A stretch of DNA of 37,249 bases from a virus, in IMG/VR virus record IMGVR_UViG_3300044984_000814, positions 1 through 37,249 of that record. One strand, given 5' to 3'. Both the position numbers and the translations under genes were made by a program. The notes beneath the pieces were generated by a model. The model searched no databases. It worked only from the letters and a program-made list of their open reading frames with translations, and had not been told where the DNA came from. Shown here piece by piece: positions 1 through 8,394 of the stretch (within the stretch, counting starts at the first letter, position 1; the number at the start of each line of letters is the position of its first letter).

Positions 1-127
1 CGCAAAGCCCCGGGAATCCTATTAGGCATTGCCGCCACGCTTTCCGCCGCTTGGATTGTCGCCACAATTCTCACCGCCTGAAACAATTAGATTTTTAATC
101 TTGATTGTCGGCATCTTGTCGTCAATC
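1..127. repeat. Exact 127-bp terminal duplication, left copy (assembly circularisation overlap or short DTR)
   Basis: Bases 1-127 read identically to 37123-37249. The copy carries the 3' end (stop TGA 79-81) of the small CDS that starts at 37057. Confidence 0.95.
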
Positions 128-191
128 TCTCCACATAACGAAGCGCGGCCCGCGATGCAGGGCGAACTTCACACCTAAAACGAATCAAACT

Positions 192-554
192 ATGAAAACC
201 ACACTTAATACTTCAGATATCGCCCGCGCCCTAAAATCCGACGAAAATGCCAATTGGTCGTGGAACGGGGCAAAAGCCTTGGCCGAATACTTGGAGCAAC
301 TTGAGGAGGACACAGGCGAAGAAATGGAATTGGACGTAGTGGCTATTCGCTGCGACTTCTCCGAGTTCGCCAGCTTGCAAGAGTGGGTTTCCGAATATCA
401 CGGAGAGCCACAAGCGGACGCTATGTCGTCGTCGGGAATCGACTTGGACGGGGACGAAACAGAGGAGGAGATTGACGATTTGATCCGCTCATACATTCAA
501 GACCACGGCACCCTAATCGAATTCAGCGGCGGAATTATCGTTTCTTGCTTCTAA
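192..554 (+). CDS. Hypothetical, strongly acidic early protein (120 aa)
   Basis: ATG at 192 follows an A-rich leader (aatcaaactATG). The track start at 105 is a TTG inside the terminal repeat. The product is D/E-rich (LEQLEEDTGEEMELD, DLDGDETEEEIDD). Confidence 0.6.
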   Translation: MKTTLNTSDIARALKSDENANWSWNGAKALAEYLEQLEEDTGEEMELDVVAIRCDFSEFASLQEWVSEYHGEPQADAMSSSGIDLDGDETEEEIDDLIRSYIQDHGTLIEFSGGIIVSCF

Positions 555-600
555 ATACCAACCCTGCAAGGTTCGATCCCTTGCCAATACTTCAAAAATT

Positions 601-804
601 ATGAACCATTCCGTAGAGATCACAAAAGAAGCAGCCTTCGCGCTCATTGGAAACGACGAAGAGACTTGGAGCGATTATCAGGATCACCAGCAAACAGAGC
701 TTAACGAGACGTCATTTTACCTAGCTCATGGCGTGAGAATTGCAGCAATTCACAATTACATTTCCAACGTGACGCAGTATTACATTCAAGACGTAAACGC
801 ATAA
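601..804 (+). CDS. Hypothetical protein (67 aa)
   Basis: ORF co-oriented with the block, ATG after an A-rich leader. No family recognised. Confidence 0.5.
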   Translation: MNHSVEITKEAAFALIGNDEETWSDYQDHQQTELNETSFYLAHGVRIAAIHNYISNVTQYYIQDVNA

Positions 805-818
805 ACTAAACCAAAAAC

Positions 819-1109
819 ATGACAGACACATGCACACCCGGACCTTTCCCGCTTCATACAGAAACCAATGGCGAACAAATCGCAATTGTAACCAATCAAG
901 GCAATCTTTACGCGAAAACCTTTGATCCGAGCGCGGCGCGCCTGATCGCTGCAGCTCCTGATTTGCTCTTAGCACTTGGTGCAATCGTGAAGCAAGCGGG
1001 ATTTTCCGCGCTAGCTTTCCCAAATGCACCCGGACGCGGTGACTTGCTGGCAATCGTTCAAATGGCAAGTGCCGCAATCGCAAATGCAACGGGAAGGGGG
1101 GAAGGATGA
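819..1109 (+). CDS. Hypothetical protein (96 aa)
   Basis: ATG after aaccaaaaac. The stop overlaps the next start as ATGA at 1106-1109. Confidence 0.55.
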   Translation: MTDTCTPGPFPLHTETNGEQIAIVTNQGNLYAKTFDPSAARLIAAAPDLLLALGAIVKQAGFSALAFPNAPGRGDLLAIVQMASAAIANATGRGEG

Positions 1110-1483
1110 ACTTTGCCTGCACACGATGCGGGAGCCGTCAATGGCCCGATCCTGACAGTTCTTGCCCTTTATGCAATGATGGGAGCGATGAACCCAGCGA
1201 ACGCGAGGAAGGCACTATTGCGGCCCAAGAAAGAGCAATCAGGAGGTTTACAAGCGAAGGATGCGCCAAATCATCCGCCGCCTTATGGTGGAAACGGATT
1301 GACAAGCTCACCGACGAGGATTTGACGCCTGACATCATGGCGGAAAGCTTGGCAATCCTTCACGACGATGCCTGTGTTACCGCTTGGCAAGACTTGGAGG
1401 TCGCGCCTTCAAGCTCAGCATGGGCGGATGTTTGCGCTATTGCCGGATTTGATATCTGCAAAAACTACAATCAAAAACAATAA
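1106..1483 (+). CDS. Hypothetical protein with N-terminal CxxC...CxxC zinc-ribbon motif (125 aa)
   Basis: CTRCGS...CPLCND near the N-terminus. ATGA-coupled to the upstream gene. Confidence 0.55.
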   Translation: MNFACTRCGSRQWPDPDSSCPLCNDGSDEPSEREEGTIAAQERAIRRFTSEGCAKSSAALWWKRIDKLTDEDLTPDIMAESLAILHDDACVTAWQDLEVAPSSSAWADVCAIAGFDICKNYNQKQ

Positions 1484-1488
1484 ACGAA

Positions 1489-1704
1489 ATGGAAACACAC
1501 AAAACTGAAAACTGTAAGCAATACCGACTAGGGGGCATTGCGCTTTGCGTCACAACTGCAAAATGGCGAAAGAAACGGGTAATTGACATGAAAGAACCCG
1601 TCTTATTCATCGGGGGAGCATATGACGTGGTCTCCCCGAAATTTGCAGCTGCCATTTTGAAACAATTCCGCCGGGAATCACCAAGGCAAGGGGGGGCAAA
1701 ATGA
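1489..1704 (+). CDS. Hypothetical protein (71 aa)
   Basis: ATG directly after the aaacgaa leader motif. ATGA overlap with the next gene at 1701-1704. Confidence 0.5.
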   Translation: METHKTENCKQYRLGGIALCVTTAKWRKKRVIDMKEPVLFIGGAYDVVSPKFAAAILKQFRRESPRQGGAK

Positions 1705-2054
1705 TTGCCGATTTCAACCTCCTAGTCGAAGAAACATCTCTTGCTTTCATGGTAGATCCGGAAGACATTCTGGGGCCACGTAGAACAAAGCTTGCGGCAC
1801 TCGCACGCCATGTCGTGATGGCTCTATGGGCTGATTTCCACCCGTATCAGGATGCGTCAAGCAGATGCAACAGAGGATGTCATTCGACAGCAATGTGGGC
1901 GCGTCAAAGGGTGCTTAACATGGCGGAGATTGACGAGTCTTTCGCCGCAATCGTGAGGAGCATTTCCAAGCGGTGCCAGCATAACCCGGAGACCGGAAAA
2001 GAACCGGAAATCGAAGAGGAAAAAGAAGTGAAATATTTTTCAGTTTGTGCTTGA
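1701..2054 (+). CDS. DnaA C-terminal (domain IV)-like helix-turn-helix protein
   Basis: ILGPRRTKLAALARHVVMALWADF...RGCHSTAMWARQRV follows the pattern I recall for DnaA domain IV (RR..A.aRq.aMyl...DHSTV.ha). This rests on motif recall, not a search. Confidence 0.55.
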   Translation: MIADFNLLVEETSLAFMVDPEDILGPRRTKLAALARHVVMALWADFHPYQDASSRCNRGCHSTAMWARQRVLNMAEIDESFAAIVRSISKRCQHNPETGKEPEIEEEKEVKYFSVCA

Positions 2055-2095
2055 ACCCGGATGAAGCCCGTATAAAACAAACACGAAACGAAAAC

Positions 2096-2257
2096 ATGAG
2101 CTACGAAATCACGATTGCATTTAGTAAAAACCATGAAATGACTTGGCCGTGCGACGGCAAGACAAAAGAGGAAGCACAGGCACTAGCTGAAGCCATACGG
2201 ATCAAATACCCCGAGGCGCAAGTGACAGTAGAAGACAAGGAAAACATATTTGACTAA
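2096..2257 (+). CDS. Hypothetical small protein (53 aa)
   Basis: ATG 2096 follows acgaaacgaaaac. It is in frame with the longer track ORF 2045-2257, whose start is non-ATG. Confidence 0.45.
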   Translation: MSYEITIAFSKNHEMTWPCDGKTKEEAQALAEAIRIKYPEAQVTVEDKENIFD

Positions 2258-2275
2258 TCACCAGAAAACGAAAAC

Positions 2276-3067
2276 ATGACAGACACACCAAAAACAAACG
2301 AAGCGATTGTGGCGCATGAACCGCAAAACATGGCATTGGCACAAGTAAGCGCGGAAACTCAGGCGTTTGAACTAATCCAACGCCAAGCCAAGATGCTCGC
2401 ATCATCCACGCTAGTTCCAAAGGACTTTGCCGGGAACGTGGCGAACTGTGCGATTGCGCTAAACGTGGCAAAGCGGACGCGCCTTGACCCATTGATGGTC
2501 ACGCAAAATCTTGCAATCATTCACGGACGTCCAAGTTGGAGCGCAACGGCATTGATCGGCATGATTAACGCAAGCGGAAAGTTCTCGCCACTCCGATTTG
2601 TCATGGATGACGACGACGCGCCGACTTCCTGCTATGCTATGGCACGGGACCGGGAAAGCGGCGAGGAGCTTAAAGGCGAAAAGATCACGCTTGAAATGGC
2701 CAAGAAAGAAGGATGGTCAACCAAGAACGGGAGCAAGTGGCTAACGATGCCGGGGCAGATGCTGCGATACCGTGCCGCGAGCTTCTGGAGCCGTGCATAC
2801 GCTTCCGACATGAGCTTGGGGATGTATACGCAGGACGAGGTGCGGGACTTCGCAGAACCGCCTCGCAACGTCACTCCTGCCAAGTCAAATCCGTTTATGG
2901 AGGAGCCTGTTGAAGCACCCGCTGAAGTCCAAGAACAAGAACAAGAACCCGTGCAACAAATCGAGGTTGAAATAGTAGCGTCTGAAGAACCCGAAAAGAA
3001 ACAAAAACCCGGCATCGGCAAAATGGACGCGATGTTTGAGGAGATGGCCAAAAACGCATCAGCATAA
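2276..3067 (+). CDS. recT: RecT-family single-strand annealing protein
   Basis: Core LASSTLVPKDFAGNVANCAIALNVAKRTRLDPLMVTQNLAIIHGRPSW...GKFSP...MLRYRAASFWSRAY is typical of RecT. The acidic C-tail and the adjacent exonuclease gene fit a recombination module. Confidence 0.8.
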   Translation: MTDTPKTNEAIVAHEPQNMALAQVSAETQAFELIQRQAKMLASSTLVPKDFAGNVANCAIALNVAKRTRLDPLMVTQNLAIIHGRPSWSATALIGMINASGKFSPLRFVMDDDDAPTSCYAMARDRESGEELKGEKITLEMAKKEGWSTKNGSKWLTMPGQMLRYRAASFWSRAYASDMSLGMYTQDEVRDFAEPPRNVTPAKSNPFMEEPVEAPAEVQEQEQEPVQQIEVEIVASEEPEKKQKPGIGKMDAMFEEMAKNASA

Positions 3068-3088
3068 ACAACAAACAAGATAAACGAA

Positions 3089-3340
3089 ATGAGTATTTTT
3101 GATGACATCCCTTTAGAAGTTGGGACCACTTACTTTGATAAACGAGTTGAAGAGTTCAACCCGAAGGACCAAAAGTATTTAATCTCTTGTTCTGGGACTG
3201 CCCGGAAGCATTATCCAAGATGGCTTTCAAGAGAGCTTGTTGAAAGTCATCACGGACAGTCGCTTATGAGCGGAGTCGAAACACGAGCAGCGTCACCCGG
3301 AAACGCTTACAACACCAGATTTTTCAGGTCAAAAGCCTGA
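3089..3340 (+). CDS. Hypothetical protein (83 aa)
   Basis: ATG after gataaacgaa. No family recognised. Confidence 0.5.
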   Translation: MSIFDDIPLEVGTTYFDKRVEEFNPKDQKYLISCSGTARKHYPRWLSRELVESHHGQSLMSGVETRAASPGNAYNTRFFRSKA

Positions 3341-3364
3341 ACTCAAACAAACGAAACAAACGAA

Positions 3365-3523
3365 ATGAGAGTCACACACACACCATTTAAAACAAGAACC
3401 CGTGCAATCGGAAGCGATTTCGAATTGACAATCGCCCTAATCGGCGCGTTAAGAAACCCAAACAAAAGCGCATTCAGCAAACTAGGCAAGATCGCCGCAA
3501 CCATTACGAAGCTATTCAAATGA
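3365..3523 (+). CDS. Hypothetical small protein (52 aa), absent from the ORF track
   Basis: Hand translation gives MRVTHTPFKTRTRAIGSDFELTIALIGALRNPNKSAFSKLGKIAATITKLFK. The ATG follows aaacgaaacaaacgaa, and the stop forms an ATGA overlap with the 3520 start. I prefer it to the isolated minus-strand ORF 3343-3534. Confidence 0.5.
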   Translation: MRVTHTPFKTRTRAIGSDFELTIALIGALRNPNKSAFSKLGKIAATITKLFK

Positions 3524-4323
3524 AAATCAAACAAGGACTAGGCAAAACGTATTACGAACAAACGGCAACACCTTCAGATCCCAAGGCGGGACCAGTGTCA
3601 AAGTCGCTTCTGTGGGATTTCCACAAGTCCCCGTTTAAGTGGCGGCACGGAAGCCAAAGAGAATCATCGAAGGCGATGGAACTAGGGACGCTTATCCACG
3701 CCGCAACTCTGGAACCTGAAACATTCGAAGACCTTGTTGTCGTCTCCCCATATCCAGACTTCCGCACAAAAGAGGCAAGGGAGTGGAAGATTGACCAGAT
3801 GGGACTCGGCAAGATCATCACTTCGGAAGAGGAGTTCGGAAAGATTAAAGAGATTGCAACGGTTGTCCTCGATGACTACCACCTGAACTTCTTGGCGTTC
3901 TACAAAACCGAAATGGCGGTCTTCGGCAAGATTGGAGATACGGACATCAAAGGACTGATTGACCTTGTGCCTGATGGCTTGGATTGTCTGGTGGATCTCA
4001 AGACAACCTCCAGCTTCGACTCTCTAGATTCCATTCAGCGGACCATCGTGAACCGTGGCTACCACTGGCAGGCGGCACTTTATCTTGACCTGTGGAACGC
4101 AGCAAGCGGAGAGAAGCGGACACGGTTTGTCTTCTGCTTCGTGGAAGTGGACGCACCGCATGAAACGGCATGGGTAGAAATATCTGAGAATTTGCTCGAC
4201 ATCGGGAGGGCTGGATATATGAATGCCGTAGCGAAGTGGCAAACTTGCATTGCAACGAACCACTGGCCGAAACAAATTGAAGGAATAGCAATCATCGAAA
4301 CACCAAAATACATACAACAATGA
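3520..4323 (+). CDS. PD-(D/E)XK (RecB/Cas4/YqaJ-like) exonuclease, partner of RecT
   Basis: Motifs GTLIHA, IDLVPDG...LVDLKTT (D...D/ExK) and YHWQAALY (QxxxY-like). It sits immediately downstream of RecT. Confidence 0.7.
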   Translation: MKIKQGLGKTYYEQTATPSDPKAGPVSKSLLWDFHKSPFKWRHGSQRESSKAMELGTLIHAATLEPETFEDLVVVSPYPDFRTKEAREWKIDQMGLGKIITSEEEFGKIKEIATVVLDDYHLNFLAFYKTEMAVFGKIGDTDIKGLIDLVPDGLDCLVDLKTTSSFDSLDSIQRTIVNRGYHWQAALYLDLWNAASGEKRTRFVFCFVEVDAPHETAWVEISENLLDIGRAGYMNAVAKWQTCIATNHWPKQIEGIAIIETPKYIQQ

Positions 4324-4646
4324 AACAAACAATTGATATCAGCATCGACGTATCTAAGATCGACAAGACGGCTCTTTACGAGTCTCCGAAGACAGGTAAG
4401 AAATACCTCAGCATGTCCGTGCTTATTCGTGAGGATAAAGACCAATATGGGAATGATGGATTCATCGTTCAAAAAATCAGCAAGGATCGGAAGGATGCAG
4501 GCGAACGAGGTCCAATTTTAGGCAACTGCAAAATCATGGACTGGGATGCACCTAAGCGAAGTCAACACGGCGAAGCGAAGGCTAACGGGTATGCCCCACA
4601 AGCAAACGCTCAGGACGATGACGATTCGGACACCATTCCTTTTTGA
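4320..4646 (+). CDS. SSB-like single-stranded DNA-binding protein (108 aa)
   Basis: The C-terminus DDDDSDTIPF matches the hallmark acidic SSB tip (DDDIPF). The gene lies in the recombination module. I did not recognise the N-terminal part as a canonical OB-fold SSB. Confidence 0.6.
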   Translation: MKQTIDISIDVSKIDKTALYESPKTGKKYLSMSVLIREDKDQYGNDGFIVQKISKDRKDAGERGPILGNCKIMDWDAPKRSQHGEAKANGYAPQANAQDDDDSDTIPF

Positions 4647-4673
4647 GTTAGATAAACCAATAAGCTAAAACAA

Positions 4674-4886
4674 ATGCAATTTGAAATACTAACACCAAAA
4701 GAGGCGGGGATTAACGGCTATCTTTCACTAACCACTCCATATCGGCAGTCAAATGAACAAGAAGTCATTTGGATGAAGACCGTCCTGAGAGACATGAGCG
4801 GCTGCAATGCGATTCTCATTGACACTGGGAAGGGCTATGAGGTAGCTCGTCACAGGTCGGAACTCAAACTAGCAGGCCAGCAATGA
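4674..4886 (+). CDS. Hypothetical protein (70 aa)
   Basis: Co-oriented ORF with an ATGA overlap to the next gene. Confidence 0.5.
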   Translation: MQFEILTPKEAGINGYLSLTTPYRQSNEQEVIWMKTVLRDMSGCNAILIDTGKGYEVARHRSELKLAGQQ

Positions 4887-5089
4887 GCGAACTGTTTCCA
4901 GAGATGGGCGAGCAGCTTTCCCCAAGGCTAAAATGGCAAGAACAAAAACGAATCAAAACAATGCGAAAAGAAGATGGAAATTGGATTGCATACAAGTCAG
5001 AGACTCGTTTTAATCACTCCGACGACACAGAAACCAACGCTGTGATTGGACTCGCTAAGAAACTAAAACTACGTTTATGGAATCAATGA
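4883..5089 (+). CDS. Hypothetical protein (68 aa)
   Basis: Co-oriented ORF, coupled on both sides. Confidence 0.5.
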   Translation: MSELFPEMGEQLSPRLKWQEQKRIKTMRKEDGNWIAYKSETRFNHSDDTETNAVIGLAKKLKLRLWNQ

Positions 5090-5520
5090 GCACTATTATC
5101 GGGGTCGATCCGGGGGTCAACGGCGGTATCGCATGGATCACAGACGGAAGGTGGTGCGCTGAGAAGATGCCTGACACGTTGCAAGACCTGTGGGAATTGA
5201 TGGCAGATATAAGTTGCGGACACGGAGCTGCACATCAATGCAAAGCATACCTAGAGCAAGTTCACAGCAGTCCTCAAATGGGTGTGAAGTCTGCATTCAC
5301 GTTCGGAAACGGATTCGGACACCTTGAGATGGCACTCACGGCAGCAGGAATCCCCTTTGGACGCGTCAGGCCGCAAGTTTGGCAGAAAGCCATGGGATGC
5401 ATGACGAAGGGAGACAAGAACGTGAGTAAGAGACGCTCGCAAGAATTGTTCCCGCAAATCAAGGTGACGCACGCAATCGCAGACGCACTATTAATCGCCG
5501 CATACGGGGCAAACCAATAA
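5086..5520 (+). CDS. RuvC-like Holliday junction resolvase
   Basis: MSTIIGVDPGVNGGIAW (first catalytic Asp), then EQVHS, then HAIADALLIAAYG at the C-terminus. ATG 5086 makes an ATGA overlap with the upstream stop. ATG 5077 is an in-frame alternative start. Confidence 0.75.
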   Translation: MSTIIGVDPGVNGGIAWITDGRWCAEKMPDTLQDLWELMADISCGHGAAHQCKAYLEQVHSSPQMGVKSAFTFGNGFGHLEMALTAAGIPFGRVRPQVWQKAMGCMTKGDKNVSKRRSQELFPQIKVTHAIADALLIAAYGANQ

Positions 5521-5534
5521 ACGAAACAAACGAA

Positions 5535-5819
5535 ATGACACTAATCGAACGAAATCCAGATATTGACCTAGACACTGAAACCGTCCCAAAAGGGATGCAG
5601 CTAGTAGAGGGAAAGCACCTAATGCCAACAGCCAGAAGCGCAAAGGTTCCATTTGGAATTGCAACTAGCGTGAACCAAGCAAGCCGTCGTCCTAGACCTC
5701 AAACAGTTGGCCTTATCATCAAAAACTCTGACATCAAGAAGTTCAATGCAGCAGTCGCAAAAAAGATTGCAAAGAACGCAACATGCCCATCCACGGGCAA
5801 GAAAGGAAACGACCAATGA
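5535..5819 (+). CDS. Hypothetical basic protein (94 aa)
   Basis: ATG after acgaaacaaacgaa. No family recognised. Confidence 0.5.
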   Translation: MTLIERNPDIDLDTETVPKGMQLVEGKHLMPTARSAKVPFGIATSVNQASRRPRPQTVGLIIKNSDIKKFNAAVAKKIAKNATCPSTGKKGNDQ

Positions 5820-6154
5820 AATACTGTGATATGTGTTCAATCCCAAGCATCTGCTCTGATCTCCGAAAATGCCGATATGCGAAAGAACAAGCTGAACGCC
5901 CGTTGGATGCGGCGACTTGTTCGCGGTGTCATCGCCTTGCATTACGGGTGGCGCATCTATCAGAAGCCCTTGAAGCGGCGGACGAATGCCTTGCTCTGAT
6001 TGAGGACGTGGGCCACGGCGCACACATGGATAACGTGACCGTTGCACGCGGCATTATCACCAAGGCTATGTCTTTAGATCCCGCGAACGCTGGGGGTATG
6101 GCGCGGGAACTAGCCGCGCAGGACTCCGAATCACCAACCAATCAGAACGGCTAG
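5816..6154 (+). CDS. Hypothetical Cys-containing protein (112 aa)
   Basis: ATG 5816 forms an ATGA overlap with the upstream stop. The track start at 5783 would overlap by 37 nt. Confidence 0.5.
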   Translation: MKYCDMCSIPSICSDLRKCRYAKEQAERPLDAATCSRCHRLALRVAHLSEALEAADECLALIEDVGHGAHMDNVTVARGIITKAMSLDPANAGGMARELAAQDSESPTNQNG

Positions 6155-6188
6155 TTCCCGTTGCCATCACTCCCTTGTTCATCATCTT

Positions 6189-6482
6189 ATGAGCCCTTGC
6201 GATAAATGCACCAACCTCGTCTATCACGAAAAGAATGTGACCTGCCTTGCCGGTCATTCTCCGCGATTCCACATGCCGAAAAACGAACTGGATTCCGACT
6301 ACGGATGGAAGAAAAGAAACTGCCCCGACTACGCGATGAAGCCGGAAGATGGACGCGACGAAGCTCTGCGATGCCAATGCGGGAGCGTGAGCTTCCACCT
6401 GCTACGGAACGGCAACGCGGAATGCAAACGCTGTCAAGCCACCCACGAACGCCGAGAACTGGCGTGGATTTATATTGGATGA
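6189..6482 (+). CDS. Hypothetical Cys-rich (zinc-finger-like) protein (97 aa)
   Basis: CDKC...C..H and CQCG...CKRC pairs. The competing ORF 6206-6490 is Arg-rich and looks spurious. Confidence 0.45.
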   Translation: MSPCDKCTNLVYHEKNVTCLAGHSPRFHMPKNELDSDYGWKKRNCPDYAMKPEDGRDEALRCQCGSVSFHLLRNGNAECKRCQATHERRELAWIYIG

Positions 6483-6546
6483 ACGCCTAAGTGCTGGCAC
6501 GTGGCCGGGAGCGCCACTTCGAAGCTCCCACAACTCAATAACTACC

Positions 6547-6918
6547 ATGGAAAATCAAACTGACACCGGGGCCACGTTGCTCCAGACACGCCTTGTTCGG
6601 CAGGCGTTTGACGCGCTATCCGATGACATCTCCGACAGGCGCGGCCTGAAATGGGAATGGACGAAGGTCGATGATGACGTGATGCAAAATGAGATCCGCA
6701 CTGCATGGGAAGCGATCATCTCGGAATGCGTCCGCAAGCACCTTGAAAGCTTGGACGGCGAGTGCGTCGTGGATCACCGGGACGGCTATCAATACGCTGG
6801 ACCATTCAAGGACGATGGAGCCGCCCGCGAATGGATCGCGCTGCAACCAAACCGCGAGCAACTACGTCTGGTGATGAATGCGAAAATTCCTCTGCCGAAC
6901 GATAAAATCCACCCATGA
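6547..6918 (+). CDS. Hypothetical protein (123 aa)
   Basis: First ATG in the frame of track ORF 6475-6918, whose own start is TTG. Confidence 0.5.
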   Translation: MENQTDTGATLLQTRLVRQAFDALSDDISDRRGLKWEWTKVDDDVMQNEIRTAWEAIISECVRKHLESLDGECVVDHRDGYQYAGPFKDDGAAREWIALQPNREQLRLVMNAKIPLPNDKIHP

Positions 6919-7014
6919 ATCCCGCGCCTAAAAACTCCGATTACCTACCGACTCTCACGCTGGTATCTGTTGCGTCTCACGACTTGTTCATTCTCTTCCG
7001 AATTACTTACCGCT

Positions 7015-7167
7015 ATGAAAAAATCAAAGATCCGCCGAAAGGCAAAACGCCAAGCCGAGCGAGATGAAGCCGTCCGCCGCGAGAAATTCTTGCGCGAGAT
7101 CGACGCGCCGAAACGCAGGCTTGAAGCTGAGATTGCTGCCCGTGGAAAATATCGGATGAACAGTTAA
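7015..7167 (+). CDS. Hypothetical small basic coiled-coil protein (50 aa)
   Basis: First ATG of ORF 6970-7167. K/R/E-rich product. Weak call. Confidence 0.3.
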   Translation: MKKSKIRRKAKRQAERDEAVRREKFLREIDAPKRRLEAEIAARGKYRMNS

Positions 7168-7214
7168 TTATGGCCACCGCTGGGTGCCAATAACCACAAA
7201 AACAAAACAAGAAC

Positions 7215-7472
7215 ATGACCGAATACGAAACAATAACACTATCCCTAATCGTGAAACCTAAAGGCGAACCGATCTTCAGTGAACGCTCCACAATCATTGA
7301 AATGACTGACGAAGCATCCGGGCCTTTTGTTACTATACGCCAAACAAACGATGACATTCTAGCCGGGGAAATTCGGATCGACTTGTCTGACTGGAAACCA
7401 ATCCGAGAAGCTATCGAGACGATGATCAACATTTGCGAAACCCAAGACAAAAGCATTAATCCAGAACAATGA
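7215..7472 (+). CDS. Hypothetical protein (85 aa)
   Basis: ATG after aaaacaagaac. ATGA overlap with the next gene. Confidence 0.5.
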   Translation: MTEYETITLSLIVKPKGEPIFSERSTIIEMTDEASGPFVTIRQTNDDILAGEIRIDLSDWKPIREAIETMINICETQDKSINPEQ

Positions 7473-7810
7473 ACACACAATACAACGACCCAAAAGGCGC
7501 AGCGGGATCACTCAAAGCTCCGTTAGGCTTAATTCCACCTCACGCAATGGAGCAGACAGCATGGGTCCATCGGCTTGGCTCACAGAAATATGGTCCGTTC
7601 AATTGGCGCGACACTGGGGTTTGCGCTAGCACCTACGTAAACGCCATTATGCGCCATCTAAATGCTTGGCGGGATGGCGAAGATCTTGACCCGGAATCAG
7701 GAATCTCCCACTTAGCGCACATTGCTTGCAGTTGTAATATCATGCTGGATGCGGATTTTTGTGAAAAATTGCAGGATGACCGAAATAAAGTCTTGAACAG
7801 GAACCAATAA
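7469..7810 (+). CDS. DUF5664-type (dATP/dGTP diphosphohydrolase N-terminal-like, MazG-like all-alpha) nucleotide pyrophosphohydrolase
   Basis: LIPPHAMEQTAWVHRLGSQKYGPFNWRD...YVNAIMRHLNAWRDGEDLDPESGISHLAHIACSCNIM matches the family pattern as I recall it (KYg..NW...RH...w..Ge..D.ESG..HLaH). Confidence 0.6.
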   Translation: MNTQYNDPKGAAGSLKAPLGLIPPHAMEQTAWVHRLGSQKYGPFNWRDTGVCASTYVNAIMRHLNAWRDGEDLDPESGISHLAHIACSCNIMLDADFCEKLQDDRNKVLNRNQ

Positions 7811-7827
7811 ACAGAAAAAATACACGG

Positions 7828-8190
7828 ATGGACGAAGTAAACGTTTGGAAATCACGCGCACAAGCGCACGAGGAAAACTACAACCAAATGCTCAAGCGAG
7901 TTGACTCTTTGACCGAGCAGCTGAGAGAGTCACAAGCATACGCTGACAAGTTGGTTGAACACAAAGACATGATTTGTCTGCCAAAAGATCTTGAGGTCTT
8001 GCGCGAAGCAAACCTAGGACTAGCTAAAGAAAATGCATTGTGGCAGGAGGAAGCCAAACGCTGGCGCGATATGTATATTGAGTATGACGAAATGCTTGAG
8101 GGCGACCTTGAGAAAGCCAAGAAGCGCATCGTGAACGTCATCTCTAAAATCAAATCTCTGGAGAAACAAATGAACGACGAAAAATACTAA
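7828..8190 (+). CDS. Hypothetical coiled-coil protein (120 aa)
   Basis: Charged, heptad-like composition. No family recognised. Confidence 0.5.
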   Translation: MDEVNVWKSRAQAHEENYNQMLKRVDSLTEQLRESQAYADKLVEHKDMICLPKDLEVLREANLGLAKENALWQEEAKRWRDMYIEYDEMLEGDLEKAKKRIVNVISKIKSLEKQMNDEKY

Positions 8191-8193
8191 ATC

Positions 8194-8394
8194 ATGAAAG
8201 CTAATTATTATCAAATCATCAAGGAATGCGTTGAAACAGGAACCCGCCACGGAGTATCTAGAGCGCACAAGCACACGGACGATCCACCGTATGACGTTAT
8301 TGAAACGTGCGTTCAAGATGCAATCATGTGCGAGATCACAAGTAAATTCAACTTCTCGTCAGACGAAGAACAACTTAACTACAACGAATTATGA
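8194..8394 (+). CDS. Hypothetical protein (66 aa)
   Basis: Co-oriented ORF with an ATGA overlap to the next gene. Confidence 0.5.
   Translation: MKANYYQIIKECVETGTRHGVSRAHKHTDDPPYDVIETCVQDAIMCEITSKFNFSSDEEQLNYNEL

Noticed and set aside
105-191. TTG-initiated 5' extension of the first gene (track ORF 105-554).
   Set aside because: The extension starts inside the terminal duplication and encodes an Arg/Cys-rich peptide. ATG 192 has the typical leader.
3343-3534. 63-aa hydrophobic minus-strand ORF.
   Set aside because: It would be a lone reverse gene inside a tightly coupled plus-strand operon. The plus-strand ORF 3365-3523 has the leader motif and an ATGA overlap.
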